Positions 25,190 to 37,849 of a stretch of 64,000 bases of DNA are shown here, piece by piece (position 1 is the stretch's first letter; each line of letters opens with the position of its first letter). The notes below the pieces were generated by a model. It made no database searches and was not told the origin of the DNA. It saw only the letters and a list, made by a program, of their open reading frames with translations. Origin of the DNA: Spirogloea muscicola (taxonomy: Eukaryota); assembly GCA_009602725.1 (NCBI GenBank), contig WELB01000008.1, positions 427,300 to 491,299 of the forward strand, read 5' to 3'. A program made the translations under genes and the position numbers.

Positions 25190-25425
25190 AAGAAAGGGCT
25201 CGCCCATTGAGGATAGGGGCTGGACAAGCCAGCCCAAAAAAGAATGAACAAAGAACGAGAAGGGGGCCAGAGGAAGCCAGAGGAAGCGCTAAGAAACCAA
25301 AGCACACAAAGAAAGAAAGCAGCTACAAATTACTCAGTAACCCCTGCTAAGCAGCCGCAAATCAGAGAGGCTAGGGTCCTGGAAGTGGGTCCCCTGGACA
25401 GAGCCAGAGGCAGCAGCGAGGGCTC
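25190..25425 (-). mobile_element. RLE retroelement 3' end, family B
   Basis: Translates RALAAASGSVQGTHFQDPSLSDLRLLSRGY*, nearly identical to the end of ORF 56393-56779. The 3' UTR ends in the gggctgg..ccagccc hairpin. Confidence 0.8.
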
Positions 25426-27197
25426 TCAAGAAAGGGCTCGCCCATCGAGGAGAGGGGCTGGAACAGCCAGCCCAGAAGGCAAAAAGGTGGCCAAGTTGAC
25501 GAGCGGAGCGGCGGCAAGCGGCGCCGCCGAGGGCCACGCGAGACGGCGGAGACGGTGGGGGACGCACCGATGGAAGCGCCGGGACCCCATCATTGGCGGC
25601 GCCCGGCGCACCGCTGCCGTCGCGCTTCAGCTAGACGGGGGGCAGATCGGCAGCCCTGCGCCGTCAGACCAACTCCCCCAAAATCGGTGGGGAAATGCGG
25701 AGGTCCCCCAACGCCCAGACGGTGCTGAATGTACAGTGCGGGCCAGGGCGATGCAGCTGACGTTCCACGTGGCGGCCAGTCGGTGGTCGGCCGCGCCGGC
25801 TCCCTGGGACGCACGGGGGCCGGAGGCTGGAATCTTCGGGATCAGGCGCCCACGTTGATTCTTCGGTCTTCAGGCGGCTGCGTGCCACGTGGACGGGGAC
25901 GACTTGGCGCGCACAGACGGCCGCCACGTGGTGGTAATGAGAGCCCCCGCCAGTACCGCACACCGTTAGCGTGCCCTGCTGCGGACTGCACCTCTCGTAC
26001 TCCTAGACCCCAGCTACACAGATACTCCAACTTGCGGCTGCTAAATGCTACATCGGAGTTCCTGAGAAAGCGTACACCTGAGCTCCTATTCCAGGGCTGG
26101 CCGGAGCGGTCGCCCTTTACGGGAAAAGCCTCACTCTCCCATTTGCTGTGGTGTCTTACATAGGTGTGTGGTTTTGGCGCTTTTCGGCCCTTTGACCATG
26201 TCCAAGGCTTTTTGGGCTGGCCTTTCCCAGCCACCGTAAGTTGGGCGAGCTTCTCCTTTGGACCTAATATTCTTTGGACCTTGTTCATTCCTCCAGGGCT
26301 GGCTTTTTTCACAGCCCCCCTTCGGAAGATGCTCACTGCTCCTAAACCCCAGGCCCCGACTCCAAGACCAGGCCGCTGGAGGCTCGACAACGAGCCGGGC
26401 GCGGCGGACGCTGAGGGGCAGCGCCCGTGGCATAGACAGAGGGCCGCCGCGACGCGCAGCGGGACCTCAGGGAACGCGCCTCGACTCGGCAGCCTGCCCT
26501 TGCGGCGCACGAGGGCCTCCATGGCGGAGGGCCGCAGGCTGCGCCGCGCGATGCCGCTCGCGGCCGCGCCGGCCTCGGATCCGGCGGCGCTCAGCCGTCT
26601 CGGAGCCTCTCTTGATCTGCGGCAGATCCATCTTCGGCAGCCCTCCGCCCCTGGTGGCGCCGTCGCGCCGCCGGGGGCCTCCGGGCCCCCGGCGGCGCTC
26701 CACCCATGATCTATAGCGGGACTCTCCCCGTGCTGCTTCTCGTCCAAGCCTGCATCATGCCCGGCATTCGCTCGCCGCCGGCGCTCGTGAGCCTCGTTGC
26801 CCTTTGACCAGCTACGGCGCTTGGGGCCGCGCGTTGTCTCCGAATGTGGTCGCGGAACACCCGCAGAGAATCGCCCGTCGCCTTCGCCCGGGCTTGCTGC
26901 ACTTGCTGCTGTGGCTGTGCTTTGAGGGGGCCTTCGTTGAGGCCTTAATGACCATCTATATTGCAGGCATAGATCAAAATCCTATTGGCTGCCTCTCAAT
27001 CTCAAGCAAAGGATATGGGCTAGATTTCTCTTGGTCCACATTGAAATACAGTATAGACAGCGGCTGCAGCAGCCCCTGCTGCGGCGCTCTGACCGACCGG
27101 CGGCGGCGGCGGTGAGACGAAGTCCCTAAGGCGGTGCTTGACTTTAAGGACTTTCCCGAAGGTGACCTTGTTCAATACTCCGTCTTTTGCTTCGCAG

Positions 27198-29120
27198 CTC
27201 CAGGCGCGCCGAGGAGGGCTCGACGCCAAGCTTCAGCTCCTGGCAGACTACGCCACGATGTCCCGCCAGGATCCACGACCGCCATTCCCGAGTGCAATGG
27301 ACGCAGCAGTGGCCGTCGAGGCGCTGGTGGCGGCAGCCGTCGGCAGCGCCGCAGCGGCAGCCTCAATGCAGGCGCGTGGTGCCGTCGAGCTCGCGGTCCG
27401 GCTGCTGGGCCCCTCGGAGGACGACAGCCGCCTGCTCGACGGGCTGGCGGCGCTCGTCGCCGCCTGCGCCGGCACCACGGCGGCCACGGCTGCCGCGCTC
27501 AAGGTGTTCGAGTTCGACGGAGTGGCAGTGACGGTGAGACGCCATGCTGAGCGCTCTACCTCAGGCAGAGGAGCTCAGCAGGGTTTTGTCATTCTTAGCT
27601 CTGAGCACCAGCCCAGACCGCTAGAGCACGGCCGCTGACGCGTCCGCATCTACAATTGTTGCCCGTTGCCGCTGCCGCAGGTCCTGGAGATGCCTTACCA
27701 TGATGCAGGCCTGGGATGGAAGGTCTGGGGTGCTGCGCTGCTGCTGGCGGCGCAGCTGCGGGCGGCGCCGGAAGCGGTGCGCGGGCTCCGCGTTCTGGAG
27801 CTCGGTGCTGGCTGCGGCCTCTGCGGGCTGCTGGCTGCTCAGCTGGGCGCTGTTGAGGTGGTACTCACCGACTGCGTCCCTGCCATCCTGGACAACCTGG
27901 CTGCTGCAGTGCACCTCCTCCCAGCCAGCACGCACTTTGATGCCAGAAGCAATGCCAAGGGGCCGACTGCTTCTGGCGCGGATGAATGGTCTTGGTCATG
28001 GGGCCCAGTCGAGGCACGGGCAGCGATCCATGTTGTTACTGAGAATAGGGGCGGTGGCGATGACGGCCACCTTGCTGCCAGCAGCAGCTGCGTCAAGGTG
28101 CGATTCCTGGAGTGGATTGAGGACAATGTGAGCACCAGCCTGGGGCCTGATGCCACTCCACTGCATGCAGCACTGGTGCGCTCATCTGATTAGCGCCCTG
28201 CTTCCATTACAGAGCTACAAAGCCCTTATCTTTCTCTCAAGCACAGCTACTAAGGAAATCCAATAAGAACTTGGAAGTAAATCTTGAAGGCTTGGATCAT
28301 GATTTTTCACGTACTATAGAGAAGACATTAAATGACCTTGTCAGTAGACAAAGCCTAAGCCAAAGTTTTATGGATTCCTGCGTAGCGATCTTCAGATGGA
28401 GACCTTCAGCCTGACAAAGATTGTGTATGGCAGGCGGGGATGGCTAAGTTCGGTAGTTGCCCGCGCCTGGCGCCAGAGGATGTCTATGATGTCATCATTG
28501 GCAGCGACCTCATCTACGAGGCCGAGCTTGTGGAGCCCCTCCTGGTGCGCTAGCTGCCGCCGGAGTAGCAGGATGTGAATTACCGTAAGGTTGCTATCAT
28601 CAGATTTCTTACCATGTCTTGCTGTTAGCTAAGCTATGGCAATCATCGCCTGCCTGCATGCCCACTGTGGTGCCTGCAGGGAGTTATCCGGCGGCGCCTC
28701 GCTTGGCCCAACGGCGTGTGTTACGTAGTGCAAGCCGTGCGCTCCCTTGAGCTCCTGGACCTGCTCACTGGCCTGGCACCCGCACACAAGCTCACAGTTA
28801 CAGTGGCACATGAGGTGGCGGAGGTGGCAGCTGCGCTGCTCACCGCCTCAGAGGCTCAGCGCTACGACTGCTTGGACGATCTTGAGCCCCACCCAACCTG
28901 CTCCTTGTGCGAGACTGCAGCAGGCTGCGAGGACTTGCACACCAGCCAGGCAGGCCAGTGTCAGGCGCTGTTGCTGCTGAGCGAGCCCACCGTGCGCCCG
29001 CCAGGCTATTACGTCGGCGGCTACGTCCGGCTCACCCTTGTGCATCTTCAGGTTCGGCTAGCACTCAAGCCATCGCCACATACTGAGCTTGTCCTACTTA
29101 CGCAGTCTAACATTCAGTAG
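27198..29120 (+). CDS. Class I SAM-dependent methyltransferase (METTL21/Methyltransf_16-like), multi-exon; 5' exons may extend to ~26520
   Basis: GLGWKVWGAALLLA...LRVLELGAGCGLCGL...VVLTD, VRFLEW, and DVIIGSDLIYE in a downstream exon. Confidence 0.75.
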
Positions 29121-30283
29121 GCCTGGGTTGTGTTATGCACGTTGTATGGCTCCACAATGATCATTACTGCGTAACTTTGAGTGTCTCTGTCAGGAAAGTT
29201 TGCCACTATGGCTGACGCTGTTAGGGTTCTGCTGTATCTCATCAGGTGTAACCCCAACATGGTATGCACTAGTAGCCCATGGCTGCGGCAAGTGGCCACC
29301 TTCGCTTGTCACCTTGGGCAATATTGGATCCTCATGCTGGCACTCAGAGCCTCTGGCAGAGAGAAGGGATGGAGGAACGTATGGCAAGAGTGGCTCAAGC
29401 AGAGAGGATCTGCAGAGGACAATTTTGATCGTGAGGATCATCACTGCTTAGCTATTAATGAACTTTGATCCAATTATTTTAATTATTCCATCATAGCATT
29501 GACACTGGCACGTTGATTATTTACGGGTAGAGCCATTCGCTTGCAGTAAGTAGTTGGCCTCTCCCCCCTCCCCAGCTCCCTTCAACCTCCCCATGTTGCG
29601 TGCTCATCCCTTTCAGTAAAGGGCACATTGCCTTGCTGTCCCTTCTAAGCCACAGCACACTCATCTACATTATTATTATTGTTATTATTAACTATACGTG
29701 AATATTTTTGAATAGACGTAGCAAAAATCTGCAACATGCAGTTGGCGTACGCCCTCGATGATGTCCACCAGGTTATCCAAGTTGCATCGAAGCAGAGGTT
29801 GACCACCTGTTTTGCCCAGTGATTATGTGACAATGCGCATCCAGGCACTGTGAAGGTTCCTGCTTTCATTCAGGAAAGTCAAGAAATGCAATGGGCAAGG
29901 TTGTGCTGACAGTCGGTGATTAATGTCCAGTGAAGGACGCATTGCTGTAGCGGCCTACAGCATCTGAAAATTCAAAATTTACGATGCATTACAGCAGGTT
30001 ACCCACAATTATTAGCAACTTCTTGACGGCAGAATCACACTCAGCCTGCCCCATGCGGCTTGCTTCATGCGTTGTAGCTGTGCTTGCCGTTTCAGTCGCC
30101 CACTTATGCACCCCAACACTGATACACGCTTTTGCCCCTCTGCTACTGTATTCCTTCGAATGCCAGAACTGTATGCAATGGCCGAACATGGCGCTGCGAA
30201 TGGACTGCAAGACCATTAGACAGCACACAAGCTTGCAGGAAGCTTTTAGCCAGGCACAAAACCATACATAAATCCCCCTACTC

Positions 30284-33200
30284 TTAGGACTGTGGAGTAC
30301 CCATGGGTTCTCCATGCAGCTCCTTCAGCTTCTTCAGTCGGCTGACGAGGGGCGGGATGTCGCCTGCCTTGCTCTGATTGTGGAGGACCACGACCAGCAG
30401 CTGCAGGACGTCAATGAGCTCGCGGCCTTCTGGCCCGTACGCTTTCTCCCTGGCTGCCAGGCCCCTCCAGAGAAGCTCCTCGGCTGCAGCCTCTTTCTTC
30501 TGATCGTGCAAAATGACCGCCAGGTTGTTGCAAGCCTCACCTGGCAGATGTAAGCCAACATGCATGCCAAGACAATTGACATTTAAGGCCAGGCTAAGAC
30601 ATGCAAGCCCTGTCCTGATCGTTTAGACTATGCTTCTAAATTGGCACATGAAGACATTAAGCTTGCCTCTCAATGCATCGAGATGCGGCAGAGCATTAGC
30701 TGCCATGTACACAGTGCACACTGTTATGTAAGGCCACTTGCAAGTGAGGAGAGAGGGAGCCAAGGCCTTCTGCAAGTTGCATGTACTGACCCACAAAGAG
30801 ATCCGTGCCCGAATGAGCGCGTTCCCTGAGGCCGAGGGCCTCCCTCGCATACGCCTCAGCTTCCCGTGTCCTCCCCAAGTTGTGGAGAGTGGTGGAGAGA
30901 TACTCCAAGGGCACCGAGAGCTGCACCGACTCGGTACCCAGGCTTTCCCTGATAATGTGCACAGCACGCCGGATGACGGGCTCCGCCTTGTCGAGCTTCT
31001 TGGCAGCCATGTAGCACGTGGCCAGGCTCTGCAGGTGCATGACCAGCTCAGGGTCGCTGGGCCCGACCTCGCTCTCCTTCATGAGCAGATTCTCCTGCCA
31101 TATCTCGATGGCCTCGTCCAAGCTGCCGGAGAAGACAGAACCATGAAGAGATTCTGGTGAGAGGAAAAGCAGGTGCAACTTGACTTGTTCATGTAGAGTA
31201 CCTCTTCTGCTCGACATTTGCTAATCAGGAAATCAAGTTGGGCACTGCCACTTGAAGTGCCACATGACTGGCTGCTGCCTGGGAGCTTCATCAGTAATGA
31301 CATGCAGATCACTAAAGAAGAGCATGGTTTGGCACACCTGCCCACCACCTGAAGGAGCTCTGCCAGATCACAACGGGCCGCAACCATGGCGGGATCCTCA
31401 GGATACATCTCCTCGCTCTTCTCGATAATGCCAAGGCCTTTCCTCATCATCTCAATGGCCTCCGTATAATTGCCTGATAGCATTATTATCAAATGACTAC
31501 AAATATGAGATAGGAGCGATCAGCAAAGGTCATGCCAGACAGTCCTTTTCACCTGCCCAAGACAACAATGAAGCTGCTACCTCTAAGCGTATTCACAAAT
31601 TGGCAAAAAAGTACGAATCCATTGTATCTCGGATGTATCTGATTGTGAGATCAACATACATCAACTTTCAGAGTCAGCTTTTTGCTTCTGCCTGTGTTGT
31701 TGTAGGTATGGCAGCAGTAGTGGCAGGTGTTTAAGAATGTGATAGACACAGGGAAACAAACAGAAAGACAGACCAAGAGCACCCTTGGCACGACCGACGC
31801 CGCACCACGCAATTCCGGCAGCAGTGTCGGCTTCTCCTCGTGCCTTCTCAATGATCCTCAATGCCCTTCTCGCAAACATGGTGAGTGGGTCATGGCCATC
31901 AGATGTTTGTTGCACATTCATGAACTTGCAAGCGTGCTAACAGAGAGCAGATGATCAGGCAAGGGACCATGCCACTAACCGAAGGAAGACCAGTTCGGCC
32001 TCCTGAGCTCGTTCTTCAGCAAGTAAAGCATGGCCCATGTGCGAGAGCAGCACTCCGAGTGCATCTGTGTCAGGCCCAAGCGCGTTCTCGGTGATCTCGA
32101 CTGCGCGCTTGTACAGTGCAAGCGCCTTCTTGTGGTCGTTCATCGCATTGTACGTGTTGGCGAGGCTCACCATTGTGTGTGAGAGCTCAGGGTCCTCTGA
32201 GGATCCTGCACACATTGAACCACAAATGGGAAATGGGCACACCGATGACACACCTACTTTGACATGCGGAGAACAAGAGGCTGCTACCACTGATCTGCTA
32301 GGTTTCTATGGAGGTCCACACTCATCCTTTAGGGGGCACGCGAACCATGACCGAAGGATCTGACTTCCGGCCTGTTTCGACCATATAGCCATAAATGTGA
32401 TGCAGGCTTCTGTGGCGTGAAGCTACCATGGAGCTCCTCCTGTACCGCCAGGCTGCGCTCGTAGAAGCGCACTGCCTCCCGCAGCCTGCCAGTCTCTGTG
32501 TACATGTCGCCCAAGTGGTCCAGCACGTCGTCCAGGAGCGGCTCCGCTTTCTCCACCTTCTCGACCAGCTCCCTGGTCTGGCATGGCGGCCAAGATAAGT
32601 CGCGCTGGCCATCAACTACATACCTACGAAGGGGCCTCTCCTCGGTTTCCACATTGTAACTACTTAGTTGACAATTAGCTTTGCCATATGGTGGACAAAC
32701 GACTGACCCGCTCTAGCAGGGGCTCCACTTCCTCGACGTCGCCCATGCCCATGCGGAGGCGCGTGAGGACCATGAGCATGGCCGCCTGCTCCACGCCCTC
32801 CACGCCCTCCGCCAGCTGCTCCTCCAGCGCCGCCAGGTTGGCCTCCACCAGCTGCCGCGCATCGTCCTCGTCGCCCGCGTCGTACACGTCCATCACCTCC
32901 TCGTACAGCTCCTCCAGCTCGGCACGCAGCTGCCGCGCCTCCTGCAGCGCCTCCATCATCTCATCCGGGTTCCACGCCTTGCTGCACCAAGCCGTGGCTA
33001 AGAATGAGTAATCTCGGACGCCTTTGCAGGCCCTTCCAGTCCCTTGAGACGCTTCCAGTAGCCCTTCTCGGGTGGTAATTGAGATATATACTGCTAAGAC
33101 AGGACATTCTTAGTGGTATTAAGAAATTCAACAATAGAAACTTCATCGGATACCATTAGTACGGCGGAAGGGTTTGCACAGTGCATGCAAGCACGGACCC

Positions 33201-33891
33201 ACTCGAACCCAGGTCGCCAGATGCCAAGCTCGGGGACTTACCGCAGCTCTTGGACCACTCGGATGGCGTCGGCGTCGCCGTCCGCCTGTGCGGTCTCCAT
33301 CATCTCGTCCAGCTTCCGCCCCACCGCCCGCGTCTGCTCCTCGAACTCCGCGATGCCGTCGACCTGACGGGCGCCGCCGCCATCGCCTGCCTCCTCCTCG
33401 AGGATGGAGTCGGCCTCCACAGTCTCCCTGGCGACGCCGCCATCCTCCACCTCCCTGTGGTTCACAACCTCGACGTCTGCCAATCTGCTGCCAAAAAGCT
33501 CCATTCGCATGCATGTAACGAAGCAACCAACCGCCTGTTACGTCTCTCATGATATGCTCTACGCTTAAGAAAGCAAGATCAACATGAGGTGTATAGTGCA
33601 TAGCCAAGAAGACACCGGTAGCTACTTGACTTGACTTCAAGCAACATGGCTAGCGTCAAGAGCTGTACGACGAAGCTGCGAACTTGGTACCGGGGCGCCA
33701 TAGCTCTTCAGAACCAGCAGTGCCAGAGGCCAGGCGAGCAGGGGGGCGAGAGCACACCTGCTCTCCTTGTCTGCGGAGCACGAGGAGCCTCTCTGCAGTC
33801 GCGTCGCAAGCCTCGTCGCGGGGCTGGGGCAGAAGGAGGCCCTGGCCTTGGCATCGGCGGCGTGCCTGGCCCCGAGCTCTGCTGTGGCCAT
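30284..33891 (-). CDS. TPR-repeat protein (kinesin-light-chain/nephrocystin-3-like TPRs), multi-exon
   Basis: Repeated TPR helices: [88 protein letters not shown] junctions keep the frame where checked. Confidence 0.8.
33497..33628 (-). pseudogene. cob: Mitochondrial cytochrome b fragment (NUMT) inside intron 1 of the TPR gene
   Basis: Translates [44 protein letters not shown], matching the plant-type cob N-terminal region. It is more AT-rich than the flanking exons. Confidence 0.9.
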
Positions 33892-34379
33892 GGCGGCCGA
33901 GCGCCGGGTCGCCGCGGCGGGGCTCGCGCGCGCAGCTGCCCTGCGGCCGACACAATCACTTACTCGCCTCAGCTGGGGCCGCCATCAGGTAGAGTGGCGC
34001 AAAGCTGCGCGGCAGCCCCTCTCGGGCGTCACAGCGCACCTCGGGAGCTGGTGGTCGCTGGGAGCGGCACGCGGCCGCCCCGTGAACGCCAGGCGGGGCG
34101 CCGGGCACGACGAGGCCGCCATGGCAAGCCCCCGAGCTCGCGTGCGCCACAGGAGCCGCCGCCGGAGGGCCAACCCCTCGTCTACCGACGCGCCGCCGCC
34201 GCCGCCGCCGCCGCTGCCACCGCCGCCGCCGGACTCGGGGGCCCTGGGGAGGTCGAGGCGGGGTTCGGGGTTTAAGCTTAGCCCAGCCGCCGCCTCCTGT
34301 GGGGCGACGAGTGTTTATGGAGTGTTTGTGGAAAAGCGAGAGAGATGGGCGCTCAGAATGGAATGGGGAGGCCACACCA

Positions 34380-34700
34380 AGTCAGACCAGGAGCTCGCCC
34401 ATAGAAAAGAGGAGCTGGCAGAAGCCAGCCAAAAAAGAATGGACACAAACCAAAGAGCCACAACAGGTGCCGGAAAGAAGGGAAATACACAGCTAGGCAT
34501 CTAGACAACTAGACACGACGGAACCACAGAAGAGAAAGTGCTCGCCCATGGAGAATACGGGCTGGAAAAGCCAGCCCAAAAAAGAATCAACAAAGGACGA
34601 GAATGGGGCCAGGGGAAGCGCTAAGAAAAACAAGCACACAGAAACAAAGCAGCTATGGATCAGGAAGCTCAATACCCGCGGGTGAGCAACATCACGTCAG
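34380..34700 (-). mobile_element. Two tandem RLE retroelement 3' tips (family B-like)
   Basis: 34390-34450 is the reverse complement of the 56805-56862 UTR. 34530-34690 matches 25190-25340 and carries LLTRGY* (ttgctcacccgcgggtattga). Confidence 0.7.
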
Positions 34701-35199
34701 AGTAGCTCGAAGCTGGAAAAGATGCAGGCAGACGAGACCCAAAAGCAGCAACAGTCAGTCAGCAATGGTACAGTCAGAGGACTTTCATCGGCAAGGGCCA
34801 GAGCGGCCAGGTGCAAGGGTAAGCACATCCACCAAGTGCTTTCACCGACGTCTTTCCGCCGGCTAGCTACCCAGACTTGCATCTCCTGACTAGAGGTTAC
34901 TGAGCGTTCCCTGGCTGATGTCTTAGTCCTAGTCCTTCGCACTCCGGCCGCTCCTTCAGACCTTGTCCATCCCTTCGGGCTGGCCTTTCCCAGCCACCAG
35001 TCAATCTGGCCGCTCATTCTTTTTTCACGTCACTCGATCAATACACACTCCATTCACCTTCTTTAGCAGCTCCACAAGCGGTACCGGTCGAGTCGACATG
35101 GCCCCCGTCAGCACGGCTCCCCCCGCTCTGTGGCACCTCCGGCCCTCCTAGTATAGGGCGTCTTTTCATGTAGCCACATTCTTTGCGCTGCATTCTTTG

Positions 35200-35525
35200 C
35201 ACTTTCTGCATTTTCTGCCTGAACAATGTAATGGCTTGAATTGGCCTCGCTTTAATTTCATGCGCACCGCGCGCCTTCTCTCTCTTCTTTTGCGCGCTCT
35301 AAGTCAGGCCTCCGGCTTTCGTGGCGGCGCTCCAGCTCCCCAAGTTAGCTTGTCAGATTTGTTTGTGCTCACCCGTGGGTACTAATGTCATCTTAGGTAC
35401 CTTAGATTAGGTCTCCGTATTATATAGCATTGTTTAGTCTGCACTCGACTCTGCCTGAACAATGTATTGGCTTGAATTGGCCTCCCTTTCAATTCATGCG
35501 CCCCGCGCGCCTTCTCTCTTTCTCA
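35200..35525 (+). mobile_element. RLE retroelement 3' end, family C, preceded by a second UTR-only copy
   Basis: GFRGGAPAPQVSLSDLFVLTRGY*, then a UTR ending ggcttgaattggcctccctttcaattcatgcgccccgcgcgccttctctct. The same tail occurs at 35232-35285. Confidence 0.75.
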
Positions 35526-35883
35526 TGAGTGCAAGCGGGGGGTCAGTCGCCGGTTTGGCCGAGCTGGCCCGAGACTCAGTCACTCGTGCCTACGTGGCAT
35601 CCACGGTGGCACCAACGTGGCGGCCCCACCTGCCATGTCCTCCTGGCCTCGCGCAGCCCGCCGCACTTCCCGCCGCACTTCCCGCCGCCCTTCCCGCCGC
35701 CGCCGCCGCGGCTGCCGCCGCCGCGGCTGCTGCCGCCGGGTTGCCTTGAAGACGCAGCCCCGATCGCATTTGGCTTCCCCGCTCCGCCGCCTGCGGCCGT
35801 CGCGGGTTGCGCCGGCCAGCGCCGAGCAGCCGACGGTGGCGCGCACCGCAACCCGAGGCCCCGCAGCCCTCAGCACAGCTCCT

Positions 35884-35927
35884 GAACCCTAACCCCCTAA
35901 ACCCTAATCCTAAACCCTAAACCCTAA
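35884..35927. repeat. Interstitial plant telomere-like (CCCTAAA)n tract
   Basis: aaccctaaccccctaaaccctaatcctaaaccctaaaccctaa. Confidence 0.85.
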
Positions 35928-35959
35928 GCCCCTGCGAGCGCCCACGTGNGCGGGCCGCC

Positions 35960-37067
35960 CGCGGCGGCCGGCCCGTGGCGCTGGGCCCGCTGCCCGCCCT
36001 CCACAACCTCGCGCTCTGCCTCGCCTCCGCTGCCATGTTCGCCGGCGCCGCCGCTGCCGCCGCTGCCGAGGCGTCCGAGACGGCGTGGATGTGGGGTGCC
36101 GGCGACGACACCTTCAAGCGCCACGCCTGGCTCTTCTGCCTGCCGCCGCGCACGCGTCCGGTGGGCCGCATGTTCTTCTGGTCGTATGCCTACTACCTGA
36201 GCAAGTATTACGAGCTCCTGGACACCGCCCTCCTCCTCCTCCGCGCCAAGCCCCTCACGCTCCTCCACGTCTACCACCACGCCCTCGTCCTCGTCATGTG
36301 CTACCTCTGGCTCCACGACCAGCAGTCGCTGCAGGTGCCATGTCCTACGTCCGCTCTGTCTACTGCACTGACACTGGCTGCGCAGCCCACCATCCTTACC
36401 ATCTGCCAATTGTCCACTGATGCAGCTCTTTGATCGTCTCTTACTAGCCCTTTCCAAGCAGGCTGCTGGCAATGCATGTGTCAAGGCTGCAGGTCAAGGG
36501 CTACACAGGCCAGGGGTCTAAGCATGAGAGGTAGTAGGGCGTACTTGTCTGGAGGCTGGCTCTGTAGTGGCAGCAGATGAACAGCACAGCAACACCAGTA
36601 TCTGGTGGTAGCATGGGACTTTAAAGGATGGCTTCAAGCGGGCAAGAGGTGCAGGCTGTGGTTTCCTAGCTGCCATGGCGAGCTCCAAATGGACGCATCA
36701 CCTAAGCCGTGCTCTCGTGCTCGCTCTGTGGCAGACGGTCGCGCTCCTGACCAACACGGGCATTCACGTCATCATGTACTTTTACTACTTTCTTCACTGC
36801 CTCGGTCGGCCCCCGCCCTGGCGCAAGCTCGTCACCAACCTCCAGATCGTGCAGTTTGTCTTCAGCTTTGCTATCTCCATCCCCTTCCTATACCTCCACG
36901 TGAATCGGCGCGAAGGCTGCTCCGGCTTCTACAGCTGGCTCTTCAATGTTGCCTTCAACTTCACGCTTCTACTCCTGTTCGTGCGCTTCCACCGGCAGCA
37001 GTACGCTGGTCGAAGGGCAAGGCTTGCAAATACAGCAGGTGCAGAGATGGCTTCCAAGTCCGACTAG
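35960..37067 (+). CDS. ELO/GNS1-SUR4 fatty acid elongase; 5' end obscured by the n at 35949
   Basis: HNLALCLASAAM, YYLSKYYELLDT, the histidine box LHVYHH, NTGIHVIMYFYY and VTNLQIVQF. One intron lies at ~36335-36734. Confidence 0.9.
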
Positions 37068-37294
37068 CTAGTACACCTACTTTGACAGGTCCAAGTAGGG
37101 TGGTCACAAGTGCTCAGCTCATGGCCACGAAACCTTGCTTACTTGGGAGCACTTAATTATTCATTTCGGTTGCTTAACTTTTGTGATTATTTACATTGCT
37201 TATCTACATTGCTTATTCATTACTGATTGATACTTTCATTTTTCCTTTGCCACCACTTAGGGGAGCCCATAGAGAAGTGGGCGGCCTGGCAAAG

Positions 37295-37352
37295 GAAGAT
37301 CGTGTATTAGAAAGAAATGTAGGCCAAATGGCCAGGTACAAAGGCAAGCACA
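37295..37352 (-). mobile_element. Family A retroelement 3' UTR remnant
   Basis: Reverse complement matches tgtgcttgcctttgtacctggccatttggcctaca..tctttctaatacacgatctt at 24975-25031. Confidence 0.75.
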
Positions 37353-37528
37353 AAAGCAAGCACTTAGGGGTATCGCTTGCCTGTTAGATGAGCAATCAGA
37401 TGTTGCTAGAGGATATGACTGCATAAGTTGATGACAGAGAGCACTAGCACCACAGTGAGCCCTTCAAAGCCGCTACTGAACAGAATGTGTCAAGGTTTGA
37501 GAGGACAAGTAAAATAGATTACAGAGAC

Positions 37529-37562
37529 AGGTGGTTGATTGACTCAAGCCAATCAACCACCT
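37529..37562. repeat. 13-bp perfect inverted repeat
   Basis: aggtggttgattg-actcaagc-caatcaaccacct, between the convergent ELO and GH9 3' ends. Confidence 0.85.
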
Positions 37563-37849
37563 ACCAGCTACCTAGGCAACTGTTCAAGGCAAAGTGTTAA
37601 GTAGTTAACTCTGACATTGGAGTCCGCTGGCAGCTATGTGGGCAAGCGCTTGGTGTCCAATGGTCAGGCAAGCCGGCCACATTGCAAGACACCGAGGTGG
37701 TGCAGGTAGCTATAAGAGCGGCTTTAGACGCAATGCTTGGGCGGCCCTACAACTGACTACAAGTGACACTGACTAAAATAGTGATGTTCTTCAATCACTG
37801 TCAAGCCTACCTGCCATGTGATTCTAGAGCCAGCTTTGCTAGATGCTTC

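Noticed and set aside
25842..26747. 301-aa minus-strand ORF and other Arg/Ala/Pro-rich ORFs in GC islands
   Set aside because: No recognisable motifs; such ORFs are expected from stop-codon scarcity in GC-rich promoter and repeat DNA.
32985..33180. Possible second organellar insert in TPR intron 2 (somewhat AT-rich)
   Set aside because: No frame gave a peptide I could recognise. A BLAST against the organelle genomes would be needed.
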